Part shown: in pieces, positions 9,830 through 18,993 of the stretch | How the letters are laid out: every line of letters begins with the position of its first letter | Numbering within the stretch: the stretch's first letter is position 1 | Assembly (NCBI GenBank): GCA_963777955.1 | Contig: CAVZSQ010000013.1 | Location: 384,001-448,000, forward strand | DNA length: 64,000 nt | DNA from: Calditrichia bacterium | GTDB taxonomy: Bacteria; Calditrichota; Calditrichia; JAJRVZ01 | Direction: 5' to 3' | Program-made: the position numbers and the translations under genes | Notes under the pieces: model-generated | Told to the model about the DNA's origin: nothing | Seen by the model: the letters and a program-made list of their open reading frames with translations, nothing else | Database searches by the model: none

Positions 9830-11518
9830 CTATATATTCAGCAACTGATGACTTTTCCCTAACATATTTTTGTACAGGGAAATATATTCGGCAGAAGAAT
9901 TCTTCCAGTCAAATCTTTGCTGCATGGCTTGTTCTTGCATGATCTGCCATCTCTTGCGATGATGAGCATAATATATGAGAGCCAGATCCAGAGTTTTAAG
10001 CAAATTTGTTCTGGCGTCTTTACGATCCCTGCCCCGGTATTTAAAACCGGTCTGCAGGTGCTTAACCGTATCATGCAAACCACCTATATCATGTACCAGG
10101 GGTAAACATCCATAGCGCATCGCAATCATTTGGCTTATACCACATGGTTCAAAATCTGAAGGCATTAGGAAAATATCCCCGCTGATATACAACAGATTAG
10201 CAAATCCGGGATCAAAGGCGGATATGAAATAAGCGTTCGGTTCCAGATTAATGTCATCCAGGTCTTCGTCAAGAACTCCATTACCGATTATAATCAGATT
10301 GATATCGCGTTTTAAAACACTTTGTACCAGTTTTTCCTTGCGGCTCTGCTTTTCCAGCAGGATGCCGATTTTCTGTTCTACCGCCCGGGTCACTGCCACC
10401 ACCAGCGGACGATCGATCCAATCCTGAGGATTAAAATAATCCAATTTTGACAATACCAGCGGACTGTTACTGAATTTACGTTTTAAACGTTTTTCCAGGT
10501 CCTGAATATGTTTCTTAAAATTTTTCAGCAAAGCTTCTTTATGTCTTTGGCGTGCCTGAGGCCAGTTTTTTAAATGTACATCGAAGGGCGGATCTAACTT
10601 TGCCGGGTCAAAGTGCTCATAAAATAAACCGTTCAGAATTCCACTCAATTCCTTTTTGCGGCTGCGTATGCGCAGATCGGATTCCAGCCCGCGGCCGCCG
10701 ATAAAATTTCTGGACAGGTCGTCAGGCCGGGTGATCTCCCGGGCATAAGTTGGACTGACGGTGTTCACCCGGTCGGCCAGATTAATTCCGCTGCGGATGG
10801 GATTGTATAAAAAGTTTTCGTCGCCGGGTTGAAGTATCTTCCTGATCACCGCATTTTTAAGCAGATCGCCGTAAAGACCAGGAAACCAGTCGCGGAATGA
10901 CAGGTGTATATTATTCTTGAATATCTCAAAAGGACGGATGCCCTGGTAATCCAGGTTATGAATGGTGAATAATGTTTTCAATTTCCGGCGTAATTTCCGG
11001 AATTGCTGATCGTAATTCAGCAGCAGTAACAGGGTGCCGGTATGCCAGTCATGACAGTGAATTACATCGATTGGTTGTTCAGCAGATTCCTGCTCAATTA
11101 ATTTCAGGGCGGCCATGGAGAAAAAGGCAAAACGCTTGGCATCGTCTTCAAAAGGACCACGGCCCCGTTTATTACTGTCAATGTAAACTTTGCCATATTC
11201 ACCGTCAAAAAAGAAAGCATTATGGATCAGATACACGGGTACTGTATCCAACTGATGAAAATACACCTGCACGGGCCATTCTTTAGCACCAAATTCTATT
11301 TTTAAATCCGACATGAAGTAGGCCGGTTTATCGATGATCTCATAATAGGGTAAGATGATCCTCACCTTGACACCCAGAGTAATCAGCGCCTGCGCCAGAT
11401 CACGCACCACATCAGCCAGACCTCCGATTTTAATCAGATCCCGGCATTCAGTTGCTACCATGAATACAGTCAGCGACCTGCGGGTATTAAATGAAGATGT
11501 TTTTTCTTTTTTCATCAA
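9830..11518 (-). CDS. glgA: Glycogen synthase (GT5)
   Basis: KIGGLADV, IHCHDWHTG, FTIHNLDYQG, TVSPTYAREI, MPSDFEPCGISQMIAMRYG. Confidence 0.93.
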   Translation of the reverse strand: MMKKEKTSSFNTRRSLTVFMVATECRDLIKIGGLADVVRDLAQALITLGVKVRIILPYYEIIDKPAYFMSDLKIEFGAKEWPVQVYFHQLDTVPVYLIHNAFFFDGEYGKVYIDSNKRGRGPFEDDAKRFAFFSMAALKLIEQESAEQPIDVIHCHDWHTGTLLLLLNYDQQFRKLRRKLKTLFTIHNLDYQGIRPFEIFKNNIHLSFRDWFPGLYGDLLKNAVIRKILQPGDENFLYNPIRSGINLADRVNTVSPTYAREITRPDDLSRNFIGGRGLESDLRIRSRKKELSGILNGLFYEHFDPAKLDPPFDVHLKNWPQARQRHKEALLKNFKKHIQDLEKRLKRKFSNSPLVLSKLDYFNPQDWIDRPLVVAVTRAVEQKIGILLEKQSRKEKLVQSVLKRDINLIIIGNGVLDEDLDDINLEPNAYFISAFDPGFANLLYISGDIFLMPSDFEPCGISQMIAMRYGCLPLVHDIGGLHDTVKHLQTGFKYRGRDRKDARTNLLKTLDLALIYYAHHRKRWQIMQEQAMQQRFDWKNSSAEYISLYKNMLGKSHQLLNI

Positions 11519-11584
11519 TGACGGAAATTCTGTAAATATTTCAATAAATATAGCGTTTAAAAGAGTTAGTTAAAATTAAATTTA

Positions 11585-11619
11585 ACCACCTCCGAGGTTC
11601 AAAGAACCTCGGAGGTGGT
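11585..11619. repeat. REP-like palindrome, family A (ACCACCTCCGAGGTT arms)
   Basis: accacctccgaggttc-aaa-gaacctcggaggtggt perfect hairpin; same arms at 18951-18986. Confidence 0.9.
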
Positions 11620-11626
11620 AGAGGCA

Positions 11627-13447
11627 TTATGATATAATCGTGGTCAACAGAGATTCCTTCTTCAATATCTTGCGGAACTCTGCCAGATCGACAGGTTTAC
11701 TGAATAAAAAGCCCTGATATTTAAAACATTTATGAGTATCCAATAAATACAAATCCTCCACCCGTTCCACCCCTTCAGCCACGACATCCTTATGCATATT
11801 CTTGCCCAGCATAATAATTGTTTTGACCAGTTCTTTATGACGGGGACTGGTACTCAGGTAGCGGATGAAAGAACGATCAATCTTTATCGTTGAGGCCGGG
11901 ACTTTATGTAAATAAGAAAGCGATGCAAATCCGACACCGAAGTCATCCAGGGCAATGCGGATTCCCATATCCCCGATGGCCTGAATATTGGCCACCAGTT
12001 CAGGATGTTCATCCAGATAACTGGTTTCGGTTAATTCTAATTGTAACTGGTCCGGGTCAAAATTGGTGGATTTTAAAATTTCCTCTATCCTTTTAATAAC
12101 CTTGGGCGATCTTAACTGTTTGGCAGAAAAATTAATCGAAAGAATTAAAGGCGGTTCAGAGGCATGATTTAAATCCTTATATTCGGTACAAGTTTTATGA
12201 AAGATCCATTCGCCAATCTTCGAGATTAAATCGGCCTCTTCGGCAATGGGTATGAAAGAATCGGGCATAACCTGCCCCAGCTCATGATTCTGCCAGCGCA
12301 ACAGGGCTTCGGCGCCGATAACTTTATATTCACCATGGTTTTTCTTTTCAACAATAGGCTGATACAAAATCTGAAATTGTTTTTCATAGTCACTCTTATT
12401 GACCAGTTCGATCAAATGTTTCTCTATCTTTAAGCGTTTGACTGAATACTCTGTCAATGCTTTTGAAAAATATTGAAAATTATTTTTCCCATTTTTTTTG
12501 GCCGAATACATAGCCGTATCGGCATTTTTCAGCAGTATTTCTATATTTTTGCCATCTTTGGGAAACATGGCAATACCGATACTGCTGCTAAGCGCAGTGA
12601 TCCGCTGATTCCTGATCAGATAAGGTTTGGAGAGATACTTGGTGATCCTTTCCGCCGTCCGGCCGGCATCATAATCCTGATTGATATTCCGCAGGACAAT
12701 GATGAATTCATCGCTGCCGTAACGGTAAATATGATCCGATTTTTCCACGCATATGTTCAGGCGCGAAGCCACTTCCTGTAATAACAGATCCGCTATAGTG
12801 TGTCCCAGGGATTCGTTAAGAAACTTAAAATTATCCAGATCAATGTAAAGCAGGGCCTGCAGCTGGGGATGAGGATTCTTCTCTGTTTCCATCTCCATCT
12901 GTTTCATAAACTCATTTAAAGCTTCCCGGTTTTTTAATCCGGTGAGTTTATCATGATAAGCCAGATAACGCAATTCTTTTTGCCCCAGTACCGTGGCACT
13001 GAGATTACTGCCGAACAAAAAAATATGGGACACGTCCTTTGAGCCATCTTTGAAAAATACCGGGCGGTAGTACCGTTTATAGTATAAGGTTTTATCTTCG
13101 TTTTCGAAATGAAGTTTCTCGGTGAATTTGATCAGCCGTTTTTCTTTAATGGCCCGTTGGAAAAATACCCGGCGGATTAAAATCGCCTCGCGGCGGATCC
13201 CTTTCAATCTAAAATAGTAATCATCATCCCGCCCGATCATGTCCTTGCGGATATCTTCGTCGCTCTCAAACCAGCGATTGACAAACCGGATCCGCCCCTG
13301 TAAATCATACATGATAACTTCCAGCGGGAGATCATGAAACAGTTCGCTGATCTCGGTAAAGTTCAGTTGCAGCTGCGCAGCATCGTTATTCTCGTCACCG
13401 ATCCGGGCATAATCCAGAATGTCGGTCTGAAATACTTTTAAACTCAA
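11627..13447 (-). CDS. PAS-GGDEF-EAL protein, probable c-di-GMP phosphodiesterase (degenerate GGDEF)
   Basis: AYHDKLTGLKNR, IDLDNFK, GSDEF in place of GGDEF; EALLRW, LELTET, DDFGVGFASL, IKIDRSF, AEGVE intact. Confidence 0.9.
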   Translation of the reverse strand: MSLKVFQTDILDYARIGDENNDAAQLQLNFTEISELFHDLPLEVIMYDLQGRIRFVNRWFESDEDIRKDMIGRDDDYYFRLKGIRREAILIRRVFFQRAIKEKRLIKFTEKLHFENEDKTLYYKRYYRPVFFKDGSKDVSHIFLFGSNLSATVLGQKELRYLAYHDKLTGLKNREALNEFMKQMEMETEKNPHPQLQALLYIDLDNFKFLNESLGHTIADLLLQEVASRLNICVEKSDHIYRYGSDEFIIVLRNINQDYDAGRTAERITKYLSKPYLIRNQRITALSSSIGIAMFPKDGKNIEILLKNADTAMYSAKKNGKNNFQYFSKALTEYSVKRLKIEKHLIELVNKSDYEKQFQILYQPIVEKKNHGEYKVIGAEALLRWQNHELGQVMPDSFIPIAEEADLISKIGEWIFHKTCTEYKDLNHASEPPLILSINFSAKQLRSPKVIKRIEEILKSTNFDPDQLQLELTETSYLDEHPELVANIQAIGDMGIRIALDDFGVGFASLSYLHKVPASTIKIDRSFIRYLSTSPRHKELVKTIIMLGKNMHKDVVAEGVERVEDLYLLDTHKCFKYQGFLFSKPVDLAEFRKILKKESLLTTIIS

Positions 13448-13514
13448 TTCGTGGTCTACTCCAAATATTTACCTAACTATCAGCAATTCCAGGTATTTAG
13501 TCAACTATCTGGTA

Positions 13515-13541
13515 TAATCGACACAGCCGCAGGTATGTTTA
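13515..13541 (-). promoter_or_regulatory. Possible sigma28 (FliA)-type promoter for the GGDEF-EAL gene
   Basis: Minus strand reads TAAA-catacctgcggctgt(15)-GTCGATTA. Confidence 0.45.
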
Positions 13542-13684
13542 AAAGAACAGAATCAGGTGGTCAATTTATTCCTATAATAATTTCACTATTCTTGCAGTTC
13601 AATTTGTGACAAACCTCACTTTTTTTTATTTTAATCTCTAAATCTTATTTCCTTTGATCTGACCGTTTAATATCAGGTAGATGT

Positions 13685-15166
13685 ATGGAAAACAGACCCC
13701 GCATAGATTTTTTAAGTAAAAAATTAATTGAACAAATCATTGAACAGGCCCGTGATGTTTTATGTTCCCTGGGCGTACAGATTTTCAACCCGGATTTAGT
13801 TTCCCTGCTGGCCGATCATGGTGCCAGGATACTTAAAGAAGACACACGGGTATATTTCAGCCAGCAGATGATTGACCTGGCGTTGTCCCGGGCTCCCCGC
13901 TCATTTCAATTATTCAATGTACAGGGTATTCAGACCCATGATTTCCGCGGGGATCAGGTATATTTCACTCCGGGTTCTTCAGCTCTGGAAATCCTGGATA
14001 TAAATTCAAAAAAATCCAGAAGGGCCGGTACTGTCGATTATATACGCTATGCAAAGATTGTTCAGCAATTATCCCTGATCCATTCACAAAGTACCGCGTT
14101 CGTCCCGGCAGATGTGCCTGAAAGAATATCCGACAGTTACCGGCTGTTTTTAAGTTTATTATTCTGCGAAAAACCGGTTGTGACCGGTACTTTTTCCGTC
14201 GATTCTTTTGAGGTAATGAAAAATTTTCAGGTTGCCGTCCGCGGCGATGAAGCTGCCTTGCGTCAGAAACCACTGACAATATTTTCCTGCTGTCCGACTT
14301 CACCTCTGAAATGGAGCCATACTACTTCGGAAAATATCAGGCAATGCGGTCAATTCGGCATACCTGTTGAATTTATCGCTATGCCGCTGGCAGGATTTGT
14401 TGCTCCGGTTACTCTGGTCGGTACCCTGATTCAGCACACTGCTGAAACATTAAGCGGCATCATTATCAGTCAGATGTGTTCCCCCGGAACTCCGTTTCTC
14501 TACGGCGGCTCTCCGGCAATTTTCGATTTTCGTCATGAGACAGCACCTATGGGTGCCATAGAAACCATGATGATGGATTGTGCTTATAGTGAAATCGGCA
14601 AATATCTGGGATTCCCTACTCAGGCTTACATCGGCCTGAGTGATGCTAAATTGGTCGACAGCCAGGCCGGATTAGAAAGCGGTATCGGGGCGACCCTGGC
14701 AGCATTGGCCGGTATCAATAATATCTGCGGACCAGGTATGATGGATTTCGAAAACTGTTTCAGCCTGGAAAAGTTGATCATCGATCATGAAATATGCCGG
14801 ATGATCTATCGTCTGCTGGAGGGGATTCAACCCCGGGACGATTTTCCTGCTCTGCCCCGTTTCCAGGAATTAATCGCCGAGAAAACGCTGCTGCTCTCGG
14901 AACATACGGTATTACATCTGCGGACTGAACACAGCATACCCGGCGCAGTGATCAACCGCCAGAAGCGTTCCCGCTGGGAATCGGAAGGATCGCGATCGCC
15001 GGAGCAGGAAGCACACCAGCAGGTTTATAAATTACTGGCTGACTACCAACCGTCCCGGCTGCCCGCAGAAATTAAACAGAGTTTACTGACTTTAATGAAA
15101 AATGAGGCAAAAAAATATGGTCAGGATACATTGCCGGAAGAAAAATATCTGCGATCCCAGATATGA
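13685..15166 (+). CDS. Trimethylamine methyltransferase (MttB) superfamily protein, non-pyrrolysine type
   Basis: TSPLKW, APVTLVGTLIQHTAETLSG, PGTPFLYGG, MGAIET, LSDAKLVDSQAGLE, GMMDFENCFSLEKLIIDHEI; no in-frame amber codon. Confidence 0.9.
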   Translation: MENRPRIDFLSKKLIEQIIEQARDVLCSLGVQIFNPDLVSLLADHGARILKEDTRVYFSQQMIDLALSRAPRSFQLFNVQGIQTHDFRGDQVYFTPGSSALEILDINSKKSRRAGTVDYIRYAKIVQQLSLIHSQSTAFVPADVPERISDSYRLFLSLLFCEKPVVTGTFSVDSFEVMKNFQVAVRGDEAALRQKPLTIFSCCPTSPLKWSHTTSENIRQCGQFGIPVEFIAMPLAGFVAPVTLVGTLIQHTAETLSGIIISQMCSPGTPFLYGGSPAIFDFRHETAPMGAIETMMMDCAYSEIGKYLGFPTQAYIGLSDAKLVDSQAGLESGIGATLAALAGINNICGPGMMDFENCFSLEKLIIDHEICRMIYRLLEGIQPRDDFPALPRFQELIAEKTLLLSEHTVLHLRTEHSIPGAVINRQKRSRWESEGSRSPEQEAHQQVYKLLADYQPSRLPAEIKQSLLTLMKNEAKKYGQDTLPEEKYLRSQI

Positions 15167-16140
15167 TGAATAACCGTGACCGGTTCAGGAAGACTCTGTT
15201 GTATGGAATTCCTGACCGGATCCTATATTTCGAAAATGAAATTCACCGGAACGTGATAGCACGCTGGCGTCAGCAGGGGCTTGCCTCAACCAGGCAACTC
15301 CGGGAGACATTCCCGGTCGATGTCTATGAAGAAATCGAACCACAGCTGAATCCTTTACCCCCTATTTATCCCTGGTCCGCTGAGCAATCCATTTTAAGCA
15401 AACTGCAGAAGAGCTTAAATATAAACAACCCGCTGCATTTACCGGCAAACTGGTTTAAGTTGAAAAAATTGGGAGCACAGTTGCAGCAGGTTCTGATCCT
15501 GGTCGTACATCAGGGATTTTTTCTTTCCCTTGGTGTGGGTGATTGGCAAAGTTTTGATCTGTTGATCGGGCAGTTGCGTGAGAACAGGCCATTGATACGG
15601 CGCTGGATGGAAATCTACGGAGAATTTGCTGCGCAGCTGGCTGACAAAATTTTAAACAGAGTAAAAGTCGATGCCGCCTTATTCAATGAACCAATCGGGG
15701 GATTAACTGGTTCGTTGATTTCACCCGCCATGTATCGTGAATTGGTATTGCCGGGTTATCAACCCATTTTGGATGTTCTGGCCAGATACCGCATACCGTT
15801 AATAATTTTCAGAACCTATGCCAATGCCCGTTTACTGCTGCCGGAGGTGCTCAAAGCAGGTATGAATTGTCTGTGGGCCTATGAGTGTAATGATCAGCAA
15901 ATGAATTATGTGGAACTGCGCCGGGAATTTGGGCGCGATCTAAGCCTGATCGGCGGGATCGATCTGGATGCGCTGCGCCGGAACAAGACGGCTATTTACA
16001 ACGAAATTGAAGAAAAAGTCCCGGCATTACTCGCGGCCGAGGGGTATCTTCCGGCCGCAGACGGCCGGATCCGTGAGGATGTATCATTTGAAAATTATGT
16101 TTTTTACCGGGAATTGCTGAAGAAATATATTAAGATTTGA
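15163..16140 (+). CDS. Uroporphyrinogen decarboxylase-superfamily (MtaA/CmuA-like) protein
   Basis: NNRDRF start, LISPAMYRELVLPGY, LRREFGRDLSLIGGID, GYLPAADGRIREDVSFENY; ATGA overlap with mttB-like gene. Confidence 0.75.
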   Translation: MMNNRDRFRKTLLYGIPDRILYFENEIHRNVIARWRQQGLASTRQLRETFPVDVYEEIEPQLNPLPPIYPWSAEQSILSKLQKSLNINNPLHLPANWFKLKKLGAQLQQVLILVVHQGFFLSLGVGDWQSFDLLIGQLRENRPLIRRWMEIYGEFAAQLADKILNRVKVDAALFNEPIGGLTGSLISPAMYRELVLPGYQPILDVLARYRIPLIIFRTYANARLLLPEVLKAGMNCLWAYECNDQQMNYVELRREFGRDLSLIGGIDLDALRRNKTAIYNEIEEKVPALLAAEGYLPAADGRIREDVSFENYVFYRELLKKYIKI

Positions 16141-16146
16141 AAAGAG

Positions 16147-16662
16147 GTGAATATGGAAGCGTATGAAGCTATCATGACCAGAAGGAGTATACGCAAGTAC
16201 ACCAATCAACAGGTCAACGATGAATTAATTCATAAAATTTTACTGGCTGGTATGCTGGCGCCATCAGCCCACGACCACCGTCCCTGGCAATTCATTGTTA
16301 TTACCGCCAGAGAAAAATTACTGGCCATCCCGCGTTTTCATCCTTACGCCGAAATGCTGAAACAGGCGCCCCTGGCTATTGTGATCTGTGGTGATAAAAA
16401 ATTTGAGAAAAGTCTGGACTATATCCTGCTGGACTGTGCGGCTGCGACCGAGAATATGCTGGTAGCAGCTCATGCCCTTGGACTGGGGTCAGTGTGGTTG
16501 GCTGTATATCCACGCCGGGAACGGATCAGGGGGATTACCGACCTTTTACAATTACCCGATTCGATCGTACCGGTCGCCATGATCGCACTGGGCTATCCTG
16601 CCGAACAAAAGACTAGGTCTGATCGCTTCGATCCTGAGCGCCTTCATTTCAACCAATGGTGA
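16147..16662 (+). CDS. Nitroreductase-family flavoprotein
   Basis: IMTRRSIRKY, APSAHDHRPWQFIV, ENMLVAAHALGLGSVW, IALGYP. Confidence 0.92.
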   Translation: MNMEAYEAIMTRRSIRKYTNQQVNDELIHKILLAGMLAPSAHDHRPWQFIVITAREKLLAIPRFHPYAEMLKQAPLAIVICGDKKFEKSLDYILLDCAAATENMLVAAHALGLGSVWLAVYPRRERIRGITDLLQLPDSIVPVAMIALGYPAEQKTRSDRFDPERLHFNQW

Positions 16663-16701
16663 TTATGAATAAAAAAAAATATAAATAAATAACAATAAAT
16701 A

Positions 16702-16730
16702 TTGCGAATTTGTCAATGAATGATTACTTT
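16702..16730 (+). promoter_or_regulatory. Candidate sigma70 promoter for the lipoprotein gene
   Basis: TTGCGA-N17-TACTTT preceded by an A-rich UP-like tract. Confidence 0.4.
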
Positions 16731-16843
16731 CTTACACTTATTTCTATCTTGTTTTCTCAATTTCAGAATATACTGCAAGGTTTTTAAGATGTACATATTT
16801 TGATCTATTTCACGTATTTAACCCAAAACAAGGAGAATCAAAC

Positions 16844-17416
16844 ATGAGGAATTTCCTAATCTTAAGTTTTACTATTATTCTGGCTGTGTTGTTGGTCGGT
16901 TGCGCCAAATACCCGCAAGAAGCGATCGACGCTGCCCAGGCTGCTCTGAATGCCGCCAAGCAAGCTGAAGCAGATCGCTATGTGCCGGATTTATTCAATG
17001 CGGCGCAAAAAACATTGAATGATGCTTTAGCCTTAGCTGATAAGGAAAAAGAAGCAACGTTCAGCAATTACGATGAAGCCCTGAAACTGGTGGCTTCGGC
17101 GACTGAAGCAGCAAACAATGCAGCGAATGCAGTAGCCGCTAAGAAAGAAGAAGTAAAGGCAGCAGCCGAAGCTTTACTGGCTCAAATCCCCGACGCAGTG
17201 AAGAATGCCAAAAAAGCATGGACGAAGGCTCCCCGCGGCAAGGGTACCCGTGAAGCATTGGCAGCGATAAAGGCAGATATCGAAGGACAGGAAAAAGCGG
17301 TCGAAGAAGTTAATGCCGCTCTGACCAGTGGAGACGTTCTTACCGCCCAGCAAAAAGCTCAGGCGATCCTCGATAAATTAGCATCATTAGTGGCAGAATT
17401 ACAACCTAAGAAATAA
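16844..17416 (+). CDS. Alanine-rich helical lipoprotein (DUF4398-like), ends in Lys-Lys
   Basis: Lipobox LVGC; AQAALNAAKQAEADRYVP pattern; strong SD AAGGAG; C-terminus ELQPKK. Confidence 0.8.
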   Translation: MRNFLILSFTIILAVLLVGCAKYPQEAIDAAQAALNAAKQAEADRYVPDLFNAAQKTLNDALALADKEKEATFSNYDEALKLVASATEAANNAANAVAAKKEEVKAAAEALLAQIPDAVKNAKKAWTKAPRGKGTREALAAIKADIEGQEKAVEEVNAALTSGDVLTAQQKAQAILDKLASLVAELQPKK

Positions 17417-17431
17417 AAGTCGTAGACTTAC

Positions 17432-17473
17432 CTTTCCGGTGATCAGTATAGCTGATCACCGGAAAGATTTTTT
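17432..17473 (+). terminator. Rho-independent terminator after the lipoprotein gene
   Basis: ctttccggtgatcag-tatag-ctgatcaccggaaag 15-bp stem followed by a T-run. Confidence 0.85.
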
Positions 17474-17526
17474 ATCCTGCTGGAATTATGTTAATCTTAC
17501 GGTGAATTCATACATTCATATTATTA

Positions 17527-18183
17527 ATGCGCCCGTTTAACCGCTTCATACAATTCATATTGCTGCTTTCAATAACCGGTTTTAGCCCATATTCTTCCGA
17601 AATTAAATCCGACCATGCTGCCGGAGCGATTTCTGATACTGTCGGGCAGAAAAGAGCTGATCTGCTTGGCTCACAAATTGAGCAATTACGGGCACGAATC
17701 GGTCAACTCAAACAGGAATATGAAAAATTTCTGCCTAAAAAAGCATATTTGATTATCAGTACATCGGATAATCAGGTTGTAATAATGGACAAAGATGAAG
17801 TATTGCGCCGCGGACGATGTTCTACAGGCAGTTATGTCCTGCTCAAAGCACCGGAATCTGACGGCCGGCAATGGTTTTTCAGAACTCCGCGTGGCCAGTT
17901 TCAAATTCACATGAAATTGAAAGATCCGTATTGGTACAAACCTGACTGGGCCTATATAGAAGAAGGCGTTCCCATTCCATCTATCTATTCCCGGGCGCGC
18001 TGGCAAGAGGGAGTCTTGGGAAAATATGCACTCAGTTTTGGCCCTGCCTTTATGATTCATGGAACAATCTACAAACGCTTTCTGGGATTACCGGCCACAC
18101 ACGGTTGCGTACGTTTAGATGACGATGATATCCAATTTGTTTTTAAAAAACTTACCCATGGTTCTAAAGTTTATATATACTAG
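17527..18183 (+). CDS. L,D-transpeptidase (YkuD family), exported
   Basis: CSTG, TPRGQF, PYWYKPDW, LGKYAL and catalytic motif IHGT...ATHGCVRL; N-terminal signal peptide and short coiled coil. Confidence 0.92.
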   Translation: MRPFNRFIQFILLLSITGFSPYSSEIKSDHAAGAISDTVGQKRADLLGSQIEQLRARIGQLKQEYEKFLPKKAYLIISTSDNQVVIMDKDEVLRRGRCSTGSYVLLKAPESDGRQWFFRTPRGQFQIHMKLKDPYWYKPDWAYIEEGVPIPSIYSRARWQEGVLGKYALSFGPAFMIHGTIYKRFLGLPATHGCVRLDDDDIQFVFKKLTHGSKVYIY

Positions 18184-18967
18184 GCAGGCGTTCTTGTTTA
18201 CAGAACCCCGGTGTGCTGAAAGATCCGTATCTTCCCGATTATTTGACATCGTTAGAAAAAAAATAAGCTCTGGTCGAAAACTCCCGCCTGTTTTTTTATT
18301 ACTTATATTTTTTCTAAGTTTTTGTCAATCGGAACGGCAGGACCGAAATTCAAATGATACGAGTTTACCGGTAATTGCTGTATCCCAGGTTCCTGAACAC
18401 ATCGATTCGTTGCAGCAGACCTGTATCGAGCTGGAAATTGAAGAATTATTCTGGCGAAACCGCGTGAGCATGTCCCGCGATCCTTCTATTGATCTCGCTA
18501 TTGATTTAATAGACAGTACCGTTTGTCTGGATATCAAAGGAGTTACACTGCGCAAGACCAGGATAAGTAAATATCAGATCAGTCGTTCAATGGGATACCT
18601 GAAATGGTATTTGGCTTACAAGAGCTGGTTAGCCGGACCTTTCAATTTAAAACAGGATTCTGTATCCTCCATACCCAAAGAACCCGTTTTCATCAAGGAT
18701 CTGGCCACATATCCACTGGAATATTTTGATGATTGGACCTATTTCACCCGCCTGGAGAAGGAAGGCCCGGTGCATTATTTACTGGAATATGACCGCGGCT
18801 TGCTGGTTCAGGTTGACCAGGACAGCGACACCGTTCAGGTCAATGATCTGCCGGAACATTGGTGCAGAATATCGATTCCCGCAACTGATGCCAAAGCCAT
18901 TTACCGTGCTCTGGCTTTACCTTCGGAAATGACTGGTATTGAAGCAACTAACCACCTCCGAGGTTAG
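18119..18967 (+). CDS. Exported protein with degenerate L,D-transpeptidase-like domain (start uncertain)
   Basis: Hydrophobic segment ending FLSFC, coiled coil, LAIDLIDSTVCLDIKGVTLR YkuD-like start, and EHWCRISIPATDAKAIYRAL aligning by eye with THGCVRLDDDDIQFVFKKL. Confidence 0.5.
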   Translation: MTMISNLFLKNLPMVLKFIYTRQAFLFTEPRCAERSVSSRLFDIVRKKISSGRKLPPVFLLLIFFLSFCQSERQDRNSNDTSLPVIAVSQVPEHIDSLQQTCIELEIEELFWRNRVSMSRDPSIDLAIDLIDSTVCLDIKGVTLRKTRISKYQISRSMGYLKWYLAYKSWLAGPFNLKQDSVSSIPKEPVFIKDLATYPLEYFDDWTYFTRLEKEGPVHYLLEYDRGLLVQVDQDSDTVQVNDLPEHWCRISIPATDAKAIYRALALPSEMTGIEATNHLRG

Positions 18968-18986
18968 CCAGAACCTCGGAGGTGGT
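18951..18986. repeat. REP-like palindrome, family A; supplies the stop codon of the upstream gene
   Basis: accacctccgaggtt-agccag-aacctcggaggtggt between convergent genes. Confidence 0.9.
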
Positions 18987-18993
18987 AAGACAA

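Noticed and set aside
13685..15166. Pyrrolysine recoding in the MttB-family gene
   Set aside because: ORF is continuous with no in-frame TAG and no pyl genes are in the window.
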